DNA of 64,000 nt from Utricularia gibba (Eukaryota > Plantae > Magnoliophyta). Positions 11,659 through 23,432 of the stretch are shown in pieces. The stretch spans positions 8,308,001 through 8,372,000 of the forward strand of contig CM007989.1 of the NCBI GenBank assembly GCA_002189035.1. Reading direction: 5' to 3'. The notes below the pieces were generated by a model. The model made no database searches and was not told where the DNA came from. It worked only from the letters and a program-made list of their open reading frames with translations. The position numbers and the translations under genes are program-made. The first letter of the stretch is position 1; the number at the start of each line of letters is the position of its first letter.

Positions 11659-13092
11659 CTACTGGCGATGATCAGTTGAGGAAGATGGGATTCGGTTGAG
11701 GAGCCAAATGAGGAGTACGCCGACCAGAGCGCCTGATAAATGCGCTACGTGATTCACATTCTGTACGCCATGGGCTCCACGGAGACCTCCGCCAACGCTA
11801 GCGGAGGCTTGGGCTGCCTCCATCACCTGTAACAGAAGACGACCTGAGATTCATTCTAAGGAGATGCTCACAGAATAACACGTCTTGGTACCTTCTCAAT
11901 CACGAACTGTCCCAGAATAACAACTTCTAGAATCTTTCTCCAGTCGAAGGACATCTGTGGGATAACGCACACGTTGACAAACATGAAGGGACTGTATGTG
12001 AATATGGTTCAGAGCTCAGAGGAAAGTACCTTCACAAGAACACTAACTGCGAACAGTCCAAATACAGCACCAGACGCCCCAATAGACACTGCATTTCTTG
12101 GAAGCACGAGCCATGAAACAAGGTTTGCTCCAGCTCCGGTTAAAATATATGACAGCCACAGAGCAAAACCTCCTTCTTCCTCCTCAACAAGCTTTCCTGT
12201 GGCAAACAGGGTGTCATTATCAACAAAGACCATTTTCACATAACCTTGAGAAGATACAACTGCCAGAGCCTCACCAAAAATATAGAGGAAAAACAGGTTG
12301 CTCGATAAATGGTTCCTGCAGGCCACAATTGTTATACTTTTACATACGAACAAAAGAAAATCACGATAACTGAGCATATATTCAACATAAGAGATGAAGA
12401 GACATAAAAAACATTGGGACATGCCAAATTTTATCGTTCTCCTTAGCAGAAACACTTCATAACACTTCCTAATACAGAAAAAGCATGGGCCTCCATTGGC
12501 TAGATCAAGACCTTTCAATACTAGTCTTACCAGTTGAAATGGCAAAATGTGGAGGTTATGAACTGGTACCAGGTGGGCTGGCCATGGTAAAGATACAAGC
12601 CCTTAATCCACGGAAGCTGGAGAGTACAGCAGCATCCGAATTTAGAAAAAAAAGGAGCTAAATTTCTTATTTTATTGAAGTTGATACACCACAACTTTGA
12701 ACCTGGAAAACATGATCGGCTAAGTAAATCCCTAGATTAGCAATTAGAATCCAATAGATGCCGTTCACACGCTTTTCCGGCTTCCTTCTCCTTCCAAGTT
12801 CCCCAATCTCGAGCTGCGATGTCATGTCTGATTGAAACATCATCAATGGAGTTCAAGAAATATGGAAATAAGATGCAGAAACCCAGAACTTGAAAAAATG
12901 TTTTAGACCTGAATCTCGATTCATCCTGCATAAAAGTAACGATGAACGTAACTTCTTCCTTGAATCGAAGGGAACGGCGCCATGTTTGAGGCATGGCCGC
13001 GGCAACGTGATAGGCTTAGGGTTTGAAGGATACTCGCCGTGGAAACTGCGAAGCGGAAGGAATATCCTCTGTGTTACCTGCAGCTGCAACAT
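11659..13092 (-). CDS. RBL11: Rhomboid-like protein 11 (plastid)
   Basis: Transit-like MLQLQVTQRIF...; RKPEKRVNGIYWILIANLGIYLADHVFQ; HLSSNLFFLYIFG; KLVEEEEGGFALWLSY; catalytic GASGAVFG; NVNHVAHLSGALVG; stop at 11659. Confidence 0.9.
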
Positions 13093-13540
13093 TTTCCCTC
13101 GCCCCCGGTATAGGGCACGAATCACCGATGGAACACCGCCGCTTCCGGCTATTGACTCCGGCGCAATCTTGCTTGAGAGCTACTCGTACATTTGGGCTTA
13201 TCATAACCAAGAATCGGGTGGCGCTGTTGCTAATAAAACAAGTTAACTTGTTGATATAAAAAAAAAAAAAAAAAAAACTACTATCAAGGCCTAGTTCTTG
13301 AGCTCAAACCAAAGAAATGATTCTTCGAATGGATGATCAAAGTCAGTGTTCAAAAGTCCCTATGACCAGATCCAATCTGGGGGCTGGTGCAGCGCCCGCA
13401 GTTGTATTGCATAATGAATGATATTGATGAATGCAGCGTCGTTGGTTGAAATTAGGAAGGAAATGCATGGAGATCGCAGTTTTTTAAACAGAGTCCAGAG
13501 CTACTGTGGGGTGGTGCAGGTTAGGAATGCTGTAGCAGCA

Positions 13541-14687
13541 TCATCTCTGCTTTGTCAGTTCGTCTCCAGCCACCAGAAAGAATGCAGTGTGCCTGAGAGA
13601 AAACAGCGACATATCCCTAGTAAATATAGGAAACAATCTCGGTGAACTTGTTCGTTCAGTCGGATAAAGTTCAATGGATTTTGGACTTGGATCACTTTAA
13701 AACAGAGCTTCAGTTCCAGACTCCAATGACATGAAGGCATGGACAACAAGACCAAGTTAGTACCTGAAAAAGTTCATCATTTTGGTTTTGGAGTCAGTAT
13801 CGATCCCCTCGGTGCTCTCCAGTGCCAGTTGCATGTGGTGAAGCCACCTCTCGGCCGCTGGATGAGTGACTGGGAACGGGCGATGTCGAGCAATCAGTGC
13901 AGGATGGCCTGTGTTACAGATTCATAATTTAAAAAGCAAGAGAAAAGAACCCTATGCAACACAGGGAGTCAAAAACACCTACAAGCAAGGAAGTATGCAT
14001 TTTTGCACTGATGAATACAGGCAAGTTTTTAGAAACCATAAATAACCATAGTATTAGCAACTACAGCAACATGGGAACTTGTGAAATTCACAAACAACGC
14101 TTATACAAATATCAACTGCTCCACGAAGTAACACTCCACCGGATGGCATAAGCAACATTCACCAATGAAACCAGACGCTTAAAGGTGACATACCTCTTCT
14201 TTGGGAGTAAAGAGAAGGTCCTCCCATTCTTTGTATAAAAAACTCGTACTGGTTTTGAATGGCATCTTCCTTTTTCGAATTTGCAAAAATGGATCTAAAC
14301 CACTCTTCCTCATCACCATAAACCCTGGAACCCAATAAATTACATGAAAACCAACTCCATTTATCAATGAAAAAATCGCATATCTGGATCCGAACATGAC
14401 CTTTACCAAAAAAAAAAAAAAAAAAAATTAAAGTCAGAATCTTGGGCGTGACCTGAACTAGGGGTTATGAATAAAAACCATTAGCTCGAATCTAAATTCC
14501 ATATGGTCCCAAAGCAAACATTAGAAAAGTAATTTATGCTGAGTGAAAACCTGTTGTAAAAATTGGTGGAAAGGTTAATGAAGGTCTGCAATCCGAGCTT
14601 TCCATACAAATTAACGGAATCAATGACGAAAGCGTCTTCCGTTTGAACTCCACTGTACTCCGCCGCCCTCTGCTGTAGCGTATTCAT
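13541..14687 (-). CDS. GLB3: Truncated (2-on-2) hemoglobin, class 3, 4 exons
   Basis: [31 protein letters not shown] | [44 protein letters not shown] | [32 protein letters not shown] | [16 protein letters not shown]. Confidence 0.95.
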
Positions 14688-14758
14688 GCTGCTGGGAGAA
14701 CCTTAATTTACATTCCTGCTTTCCGGGTTCAAGGTACCAGTAAAAATATCTTCAGCCC

Positions 14759-14787
14759 AAAAAAAAATAGTAATAAACATTTAAAAA
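14759..14787 (-). terminator. Pol III oligo-T terminators of tRNA-Leu
   Basis: A5 at 14783-14787 and A9 at 14759-14767 on the plus strand are T5 and T9 just 3' of the tRNA. Confidence 0.7.
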
Positions 14788-14790
14788 TAT

Positions 14791-14874
14791 TGTCAGAAGT
14801 GGGATTTGAACCCACGCCCTCTCACGAGGACCAGAACTTGAGTCTGGCGCCTTAGACCACTCGGCCATCCTGAC
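14791..14874 (-). tRNA. tRNA-Leu(CAA)
   Basis: Reverse complement is GTCAGGATGGCCGAGTGGTCTAAGGCGCCAGACTCAAGTTCTGGTCCTCGTGAGAGGGCGTGGGTTCAAATCCCACTTCTGACA. Anticodon arm CCAGA-CT-CAA-GT-TCTGG, long variable arm, A and B boxes. Confidence 0.97.
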
Positions 14875-15019
14875 AATTTCTGTAACATTTTAGCTGTAAG
14901 ATCTAGTTAACTTTTACGTTACGCACGAGTCAACATGCAGGAAGAATAAAACTAATACGAGTACATCATCCCCACGCTTGCCTCTTCATTGTCTAAGACT
15001 TTCTGAGAGAGAGTTGAGA

Positions 15020-18000
15020 ATGGCTGTCGAATTTAATCGGAGTGTGTCAAGGGAAGAAGCAGCAATGCCTGAAATTACTGAAGCACCGCCCATGCCGGAA
15101 TGTCACCCGCAACGGCGCCGGAACTCACTTTCTAGCAGCATGTTACCTGCTTTTGGAACTGCCGTGACTGAAGACGCACTGGAACTCAAAAGACTTGTTA
15201 TCGACCCTTATAACAGAAGATACAGGTAATAACTTTTATAAGAACCATACACAGATATTCACAGACTGAGGCAAGTAGTATTTTCACTGAATATTTATGG
15301 CAGATGGACATAACTTACGGTTCTTTCCTGAGAAAAATAGGATCAGAACAATGTTTTCCTTGGTGGTTCTCCTCTAAAATTTGAATCTGAAAACCAGGGT
15401 TCTAGGCTGAAAGATTTTTTTTACGAAGATAAGCCGGCCAAAGATAATCCTTTCATGCTTATCATTTCAGAAAGAACTAGAAAGCCAAAGAAGGCATAAG
15501 CCAAAAGAGAAAGTAATTGCATCAGCTGAAAAATTCATGTGCAGAAAGAAAAATCACATGTTGAGTTTCACATTAAAATTTCATGAAAGCATTACCTTTT
15601 TTTATGGAATGCAGGTTGTGGCGGACATTTCTGGTGGTTCTTGTGGCATACTCATCATGGTCGTCTCCGTTCGAGCTAGCATTCAAGCGGATGTCCACCA
15701 GTACACTCAAGTACATTGATCTGGTGGTTGATGGCTTCTTCCTAATTGATATTATTCTCAATTTCTTCGTTGCATACTTGGACAAATCAACTTACCTGCT
15801 GGTTGATGATCATAAGAAAATAGCCATGAGGTAAAATCCACACTCTTAGGTCCTCCTCTTTTACTTAGACCAACGACTTGCCATGGTTTTCCAGGTACAT
15901 CACACGTCTTTGGTTCCCCATGGATGTGGCCTCAACTTTACCATTTCAGATGATATACAGAATATTCACTGGGAAAATGCATAGTTCTTCTGCTTTGGGC
16001 ATCCTTAATTTGCTTAGGCTGTGGCGGTTGAGGCATGTCAGTGAACTTTTCTCTAGGTATGTACCCATTTTTAACTGAACGTTAACATCAACAAAAATCC
16101 TCTTCAATCAAAATGGAGTAGCCTCAACTAAATAAATCTACCACTTTACTTGTACCAGGCTGGAGAAGGACACACGCTTCAGTTACTTCTGGACAAGATT
16201 ATGTAAATTAGCATGTGTAAGTACCGCTTCCATAGTGCTTGATCTCCATTGTTACATTTTGATTGCATCCGAGCCTGAAGAGAAGATTGGACAAAATTAA
16301 CACAATTTTAAGCTCTAATGCTATGTGACAGGTCACAGTGTTTGCAGTGCATACAGCAGGCTGCTTATACTTCTGGCTGGCAACATATTACCGCAGTGCG
16401 GAGGAGACATGGATTGGAGCTGAAGTGCCCGACTTTAAGACTGCAAATGTCTGGTTGGTATATACCTATTCCATGTATTGGGCAATCGTCACCCTATCAA
16501 CAACAGGATATGGCGACCTGCATGCTGTCAATACTGGGGAGAAAGTTTTCTCCATATTTTACATGCTTTTTAACATTGGTCTCACAGCCTACATAATTGG
16601 CAACATGACCACTCTTGTCGTCCACAGATCTGTTCAAACTCATGCCATGGTAATAATCTCATCTCTCACAATTGTATATCTTTTCCTCTTCATTTCCTAG
16701 AAATAAGATTGAGTCACATTAATATGCGATTTTGTAGAGAGATGCGATTAATAATATCCTATATTACACAAGGAAGAAAAGGCTTCCAGTAGGACTAAAA
16801 GAGCAAATGATAGCACATGCAACACTTAAATTCAGGACAGCAGAACTTCAACAAGAAGAAGTACTCGAATGCCTTCCAAAAGCTATAAGAACAGGCATTG
16901 CTCAGCATCTTTTCTGTTCTATAGTGGAGAATAGCTACCTCTTCAAAGGAGTGTCCACCGACTTTATAGTCCAGCTGGTAATAGTATTCCCACTCAATTA
17001 CACCACTAAGCATGCACACTACTATTTATGAGCCTGTGTCATTGGATTTGTATAAATCATAGCATCAAAAACAATATAAGTTGCCAATACGTTTTTACTG
17101 TAATTCCTTTGTTAACCTTCACAATCCAATTGCACAGATATGAAGATAACTTGAAAGGGCAGTCATTTAGTGCTCATTTGTCTGGCAGGTCACTGAGATG
17201 AAAGCAGAATATTATCCACCCAAAGTAGAAATTGTCATAAAAAATGAGATACCGACAGATTTCTACATCATAGCATCTGGAGCAGTGGTAAAAAAATAAA
17301 AAAATTATTATATGCACAGCACTCACCATGAATTCTCAAATGCTTTGTAACTGCAGGATGTTCTGAAACAAAGAAATGGAACGGAGCAGGTATTTGTTCT
17401 TCCATGCAACATCAGCGTAGAAAAAATAGTCAACAAAATTCTGATGCGTGTGCTTTTCTTATGATCGCTACATCCTTTTCATTTTCCTAGGAATAGACCT
17501 TATGCATACAGAAACTCTTAAAGCCTGCTAAAAAAAAGTGAGGGTGATTTCCAGGTCTTATCAAGTTTAGAGTCTCCCAATATGGTCGGAGAGCTTGGGG
17601 TCATCTTTAACATTCCCCAGCCTTTCACCGTCAGAACAAAGAGACTTACTCAGGTTATTGGGGGTACCCACAATCATTTCAAGCAATTAGTGCAACTACA
17701 TGGTGAGGATGGGGCCATCATCTTCTCAAATTTCCGTGAGGTCAGAATCCTAACAGCATAACTAGACAAACATTGCTGGTAGCCTCAAAGAAAGTAGATC
17801 AAATACCTCTTTTGCCTGTAGTTCTTCCTCTACCAGACGCAATTCCGTTCTATACGTCAATGTACATACAAACATCCAACTAATGTATCTGATTTCAGCA
17901 CTTGAAGAGCTTAAGAGAGGATGAGTTAGAGGAGGTGCAGTTCATAGCAGAGTTGCTCCATGAATCAGACGCTGTGTTCTCCATCCGTGAAAAGGTTCGC

Positions 18001-18800
18001 CATCATCATTTAAATTCATTGCACAACAATATTGAAAAAACTGTCATCCTAGGATTTGCAAGGTGGTTTATTTGCATTTTTTCAGGCTATAGAATCAATG
18101 GAGGAAATACAAAATCTTGAGCAGCATCCCCAGACATTGAACAGTAAGCAGGCATCGTATATTAGCTCCTTTCTGTATTAAGGAATATTACAATTCGCTA
18201 TATAAAGAGTGAATAGTAAGCAAATGGACCATAATTTAACCATAATATCTCCAGCTGATGTTGAATTGACTCTCCATATCACTTGAAGGGGAAACCTCAA
18301 TGCTCCAAGTATTTCTCTGATCTTATAAAATGTCCAAGACGAAAAGTTTCCAGCTAGATGTTTTTCCTCTTTTGCAGTGAAGGAAGAATCAATATCTCAA
18401 AATGGAGATGCAATTTCAATTAGGAGACTTACAAAGATCGACACACAAGACATGCCACCAATAAGAGTCATACTTCATGGACACCATCCAGAGGTCACAG
18501 GAAAAGAGGCAGATGGAGGGAAATATGCCCATGTTCCCGATTCATTGGAAGAGCTTCTGTTCTTAGCAGGTGACTGTTCATGTAATTACAATGATACATC
18601 TTGGCACCACTGAGCACTTGCATAAGTTGAAGCTTTCATTAGCTAAGTTTTACAAGCATGCAGATGTTTTGACGTCCCTTCACTTTCTTGGTACAGAAAA
18701 AAAGCTGGGTAAACGAGGACAAAAAGTAGTGATGGTTGATGGTTCTCAAGTTGAAGACACATGTGTTCTAAGGGACAACGACCACTTGTACATCATATGA
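15020..18800 (+). CDS. KC1: Shaker-type K+ channel, KC1/KAT3-like regulatory subunit (CNBD + KHA, no ankyrin repeats)
   Basis: [21 protein letters not shown]4 [20 protein letters not shown], pore [71 protein letters not shown]. Exons join in frame through GT-AG introns. Confidence 0.92.
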
Positions 18801-19045
18801 ATACAAGAAAATGTCTCCAGTAGGTTGATGAGGGAGCATAAACAGGTCATCAAGATATCCATCAGTATTATTATAGTGTAATTTACAATGCCTCTGACTC
18901 ATGGAGACAATTGTTGCTGGTATGAAGAGGAATAACACGAACTCAAACCTTAGAGAGTAACTGCTGCCGCTATTCACCACATCAAAAACATCAACACGGA
19001 ACTCGCTCAGATAACAAGCAGAACCATAAATGTAGAAATAAATAG

Positions 19046-19412
19046 CTAGTATGGCATCTGTACATTGCAGCTTGCACATTTTGAGAGAGAACCTATTCAC
19101 ATGATTTCAACAGAACTGAGTCAGTGTACAAAAACATCACAACCGTTTCACTACAGATTTGAACGCTAAGCATACTGATATCAGAAACCAGAGAAACGCG
19201 ATTCCCTCTGATATCGCCGGACCAACTGAAACCTAAACCAGCGAGAGCAGAATCCCATCTAAACAAAAAAATAACACCCAGAAACACTACAATCGCAGAA
19301 AACCACGCTCATTCACTCCCTTGTATCCTGGATATAAACCGTCGTAAACCTGCGAAGAATCTTGAGATTCCACCGCAGACGCAGGACGGAGCTCCGCCCC
19401 CGGGGCTTGCAT
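19046..19412 (-). other. Candidate tiny spliced gene or lncRNA (24-aa ORF MQAPGAELRPASAVESQDSSQMPY)
   Basis: Site II GGGCCC (19491-19496) and TATATA (19481-19486) precede a GC-rich first exon with a single ATG at 19412. Donor CAG|GTTT at 19350/19349 and acceptor TACAG|ATG at 19058/19057. No homologue recognised. Confidence 0.3.
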
Positions 19413-19605
19413 TGACGTCGACGTGTCTTGCTGATCGATTCTCGCGGGAGGAAATGTGGCGCGCTTCTGAAGGAAAAAGGTATATATTGTGGGCCCACAC
19501 TATGCAAGCGCCGACTGCTGTAACGAAGTTATCAGACAGGGACTGGGCAAGGATGCGACAAAATGAGTCAGAGGCTTCAGGTTCTTAACCAGTGGGTTGG
19601 GTTGA

Positions 19606-22600
19606 TTAGTACAGTCTGCCTGTGCATTGCGCAGCTCCACAGAAGCATTTCTTCATCTTGATGTTCCCCTCGGAATCCGCAATCTGCCCCATGGAGTAGT
19701 TGTAGGAATACGTTAGTTCCTGCAGGGGAGGAATATTTTCAAGGGCAAACAGCATGATGTGTGGCATTCGAGTGTCGTCGTGATCATAGAGCACGTTTTG
19801 GGCATAGAGATTGGGCAGGCAGCTGTGGTTAATGAATCTCCCCACGTTGCCATACTCCGCTGCATCGATCGTGAAGCCTCCATCCGTCTTTGAATCAAAA
19901 GCTTCACCTCCATGATGGCTGGGAGGAGGGGAGTCCGCGGAGTTGCTGCCAATGTCGAAGAGGTATTCATCGTTGCCAACCCTTTCTTCAGCTTCCCTGT
20001 CTTCAAGAAGCTCTCCTGCATACTCGCATATGAAACTCCCAGAAGGTATGGAGCTCAAGGCCCTCACTCCCCAGCCTCTGGACTCTGTCTTGAAGATCTC
20101 TAGCTGACATTTGATGCCACGTTGGGTAACCCGGTTGTAGCAAGATGGTGGGCATCCACATAGTGGACCACATTCATATACCAGGGGTTTTGTCTCAACT
20201 AGAGCGCCGTTACGGTTGTATGGGATGTTACCATCATTCATGACGGCGCATCGGCATTTTTTTGAGTCAGAGCATCTTCCTGTACAGTCACAGCCAGGAA
20301 GGGGAATTGGATGGAACCATTCAGGATACTTTATCTTTGGGACATAGTTGAATGGAGCAGGCTTCTCGTCAGTCAGCGTATTGACAGCAGATATAGGAAA
20401 GGGCTCCTGACCTTGAGAAATATCTTCAACACAAACACCAGGCTGGATTTTAGACTTGCCTGATTTCCTCAATTGTTTCCATGCAAGTTCAGGCTGACCT
20501 GGATTCCTCCTCATTTCAAACATGAAGACCTGCTTTCCATGAGGCCCTGTTTCTGTCCAATAATTCTTGACTGTGTAAAGGCCGTCATAAACATAAGTGG
20601 TAACCACCTTTGGTTTGGGGTCCAGTGGATCGACCCTGGTCTCCTTCCATCCCCGAATGACACGGACTGGAGTCTGCGTAGATATGCTATTCCTTAAAGC
20701 CAAATTTCCCTTTTCAAGCTTCTGATCTTCAGGCCTCATTTTGGCCTTTCCAACAACATTTCCTCCTTGGCCAGAATATATTAATACATCCGCATTTTCA
20801 ACATCATCTGCATATGCCCCGGAAGCAACCACGCTAACAGCAACCGGTACTCCATTCAGTTTGATACTATCTATACCACTTTGAAACAGGCGATGAATAC
20901 CAACAATTGCAAGCTCCACCCTGTACTGAAATTCATCCCCAACTTCAACACCAGGAACTTCGCCCAAGTAGACCTTGTCTGTGTTAACTCCCTTTCCTTT
21001 TTCTTTAATCATTGTTGTTGCTTCCAGATCAATCCTTCTCTTTTTCTTCAACCCAGGTTTCCTTTCATTGTCTAGCAAAGAGTGTGCTTCTTCCTCATGC
21101 ATTAGCTTTCGGCAAATAGCACTGAACAACCGAAGAGTGTATCTCACATTGTTGCGGGCATCATTGCAGCCAGAAGCACTTTCACCAAAAGGTGGCAAGC
21201 TAACTTCAAAAGATCCCTGCTTGCTTTTGGATGGAGATTGCTTATCATAACCAAGACTCGGATCATTTGTGAGCACCAAAGCGCCAGAACTTGCTCCATC
21301 ATCATTGAAAGTGCGCACTTGCTTTTTCTTCTTCAGTCCTGAAGTCTCAGATTTAGGAACACTTTTCTTTGCAACAGGTTTAAGCTTCATTCCTGAAAAC
21401 AACTTGTGTTTCAGCTTCTTTTCTGTGGACTTGCATTTATCATGTTTCTTTTTTCTTTTTCTCCATGGACAATGGGGTGCAGCCATTAGGCACTGCACAA
21501 TTTCCCTGCCTAATTCATCTGATCTCACTTCATCACTCTCCCCAGGTGAACAGTGATAATCATTCTTCTCAACCACTGACATGTACGCGGAAACAGGCAA
21601 TATGTCGAGCGCACCCTCATTACAGGCACCATGATCTTCATTCCCTGTCACATCTAAGGAACTACGAAATCGATGTGCATCAGGGTCTTCAGGCAACACA
21701 GCAGTATTCATCGTAACGTCACACGAGGGAGAAGTTATTGACTTATGCCGCTGTGACACATTTTGCTGATGGTTTATCCCACTTGCTCCACCATCAGAAT
21801 TAATTACGTTTACCTTCCGTTTCCTCCATGGACAATATGACTCAGCCATCAGGACTTGAACATCCTCTCTTTTGGAGCCAATTTTTAGTACTGAATCATC
21901 AGTTGAGTTAATCTTTTCCATCGGGAAAACCACAATCTCCTTTCCCTTGGATCTTTCAGTTGCCTCAGACCCTGCAGCAAAACCTTCTTCATGCATGGTC
22001 CCCGAATTGCAAACATCCCTTTTTTGTTCTGTCTTTAGGCCACTGGTTTGGGGGTCAGTTTTGCATTCAGCTGAGCTTGTTCCCCCTGACTCAACTGCGT
22101 TCCGGAAATCACTTACCGAAGTTTCAGTGAGTTTTACTTGAACTGGAACAAGAGAATCGCCACCACAGTGTGGAGGGAATTCCCGAATAGCAGAAACTTT
22201 TCTGCTGGAGTATTTGCTCTTCAACATGCTGAAGTCGATTGAGGAATTGCCTGCTATAGCCTCTTCATCAACAGAAAAATCAATTTTACGGTTTTTCACC
22301 CCATCAACTTTGTTAAGTCCATATTTAGCATCCAATTCTGAACAATCACCTAAAGAACCATCAATCACAGAGGCTGTAGCACATTCGACCGCTGTTGGAA
22401 AAGTAGCCTTATTTTGTGCAGCTGCTTTATCTGACGGGCGTTCAACAACAACAGCAGAGTCCTGGAAACCCACAACATCTTGTTGATTTGATGTTTCTTT
22501 CTGAGATATGAAAGGGTTGATGACTCCAATTTTCGTAACACCATCAGATGGATTTCCAGGCGGCGCAGACTCCATTCTATATGCTGCCCCTGAGAGGCGA

Positions 22601-22836
22601 AGATCATCAGCCACAAACTTCACATTTTTCACTCCACTAGCATGTAAGGTCCCATCACCTCCACTGCTGCCATCCTCAACAGGTTTGAAATCTTTCATGA
22701 CAGAGTTGCCACACCCAGGGGGAAACTCCCGCTTTGCATTTACTTTCCTGGGCTTGTATCTGGGGGCAAAAACAATTTCCGAAGCCCTTTTTTCGGAGAT
22801 ATCACTAGAGCAGCTATCATTTGCCAGGGACGCCAT
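19606..22836 (-). CDS. SUVH5: SUVH5/SUVH6-type histone H3K9 methyltransferase (SRA-YDG, pre-SET, SET, post-SET), intronless CDS
   Basis: GEVPGVEVGDEFQYRVEL, SGAYADD, YSGQGG, TTYVYDGLY, YECGPLCGCPPSCYNR, GWGVR, NVGRFINHSC, ELTYSYNY, CFCGAAQCTGRLY*. First ATG at 22836; the track start at 22950 is TTG. Confidence 0.95.
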   Translation of the reverse strand: MASLANDSCSSDISEKRASEIVFAPRYKPRKVNAKREFPPGCGNSVMKDFKPVEDGSSGGDGTLHASGVKNVKFVADDLRLSGAAYRMESAPPGNPSDGVTKIGVINPFISQKETSNQQDVVGFQDSAVVVERPSDKAAAQNKATFPTAVECATASVIDGSLGDCSELDAKYGLNKVDGVKNRKIDFSVDEEAIAGNSSIDFSMLKSKYSSRKVSAIREFPPHCGGDSLVPVQVKLTETSVSDFRNAVESGGTSSAECKTDPQTSGLKTEQKRDVCNSGTMHEEGFAAGSEATERSKGKEIVVFPMEKINSTDDSVLKIGSKREDVQVLMAESYCPWRKRKVNVINSDGGASGINHQQNVSQRHKSITSPSCDVTMNTAVLPEDPDAHRFRSSLDVTGNEDHGACNEGALDILPVSAYMSVVEKNDYHCSPGESDEVRSDELGREIVQCLMAAPHCPWRKRKKKHDKCKSTEKKLKHKLFSGMKLKPVAKKSVPKSETSGLKKKKQVRTFNDDGASSGALVLTNDPSLGYDKQSPSKSKQGSFEVSLPPFGESASGCNDARNNVRYTLRLFSAICRKLMHEEEAHSLLDNERKPGLKKKRRIDLEATTMIKEKGKGVNTDKVYLGEVPGVEVGDEFQYRVELAIVGIHRLFQSGIDSIKLNGVPVAVSVVASGAYADDVENADVLIYSGQGGNVVGKAKMRPEDQKLEKGNLALRNSISTQTPVRVIRGWKETRVDPLDPKPKVVTTYVYDGLYTVKNYWTETGPHGKQVFMFEMRRNPGQPELAWKQLRKSGKSKIQPGVCVEDISQGQEPFPISAVNTLTDEKPAPFNYVPKIKYPEWFHPIPLPGCDCTGRCSDSKKCRCAVMNDGNIPYNRNGALVETKPLVYECGPLCGCPPSCYNRVTQRGIKCQLEIFKTESRGWGVRALSSIPSGSFICEYAGELLEDREAEERVGNDEYLFDIGSNSADSPPPSHHGGEAFDSKTDGGFTIDAAEYGNVGRFINHSCLPNLYAQNVLYDHDDTRMPHIMLFALENIPPLQELTYSYNYSMGQIADSEGNIKMKKCFCGAAQCTGRLY

Positions 22837-23377
22837 CGGCTCTCGTAAAATTCCTTCAACTCCAACCAGCCTCACAATTCCAAAAAAATGTAGAGCAATC
22901 AAAAAATATGAGGTTAAAAATCTAAAACATAGAAGGAACCATTTCTTCAATTCTCAAGAAAGCATTCGCCCCGTCCGTAAATACAAGCACACGCACACAA
23001 ACACCCAGCGATGGAAAAAGGTCCGAAGAAAAACTCCCTGTAAAAGCCTTGGCATTCCGCTACTGCGAATAGGACAAGGCTGAAAAAATCAGATCTCGAA
23101 TCAGAAAAATACAGCGAAAAAGATCGTAACTACTACCAGGATCCATAATTTCACCATCAAAATCCTCGCTGCAACCATCATTCGCAACATCAGAATGTCC
23201 GCACAATCATATATCGATGGAGAACACGCGGGATTCCCTTCGCTTCTCAGTTCCCGCTTTTTCTCCACCAAGCCGTGGAACATTTGGGCGAACTCCGGCG
23301 CTGGTGCAATGGAAAAATCCATTTTTTTAATTGTTTCTTATATTTTAATCGGTTTTTTATAATGATTTGACTTGTGG

Positions 23378-23432
23378 GGCCCATATTTGGGCCTGTTTCC
23401 ATTAGATAGCCAGCCCACTATTGAATTGGGCC
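23378..23432. promoter_or_regulatory. Cluster of four site II (TGGGCY/RGCCCA) TCP-type elements upstream of SUVH
   Basis: GGCCCA 23378, TGGGCC 23388, AGCCCA 23412, TGGGCC 23427. Confidence 0.5.

Noticed and set aside
7788-14427. Long poly-A runs (~7790, ~13260, ~14410) as retroelement or processed-pseudogene tails
   Set aside because: They sit in introns or UTRs, without adjacent SINE/LINE bodies or TSDs.
22837-22950. Hydrophobic N-terminal extension of SUVH in the ORF track
   Set aside because: It starts at TTG within a T-rich 5' UTR intron. The first ATG is at 22836.
23101-23322. 73-aa ORF MDFSIAPAPEF... resembling an AG peptide
   Set aside because: It lacks a signal peptide and proper AGP layout, and lies in the SUVH promoter/5' UTR. 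At most a uORF; no support.
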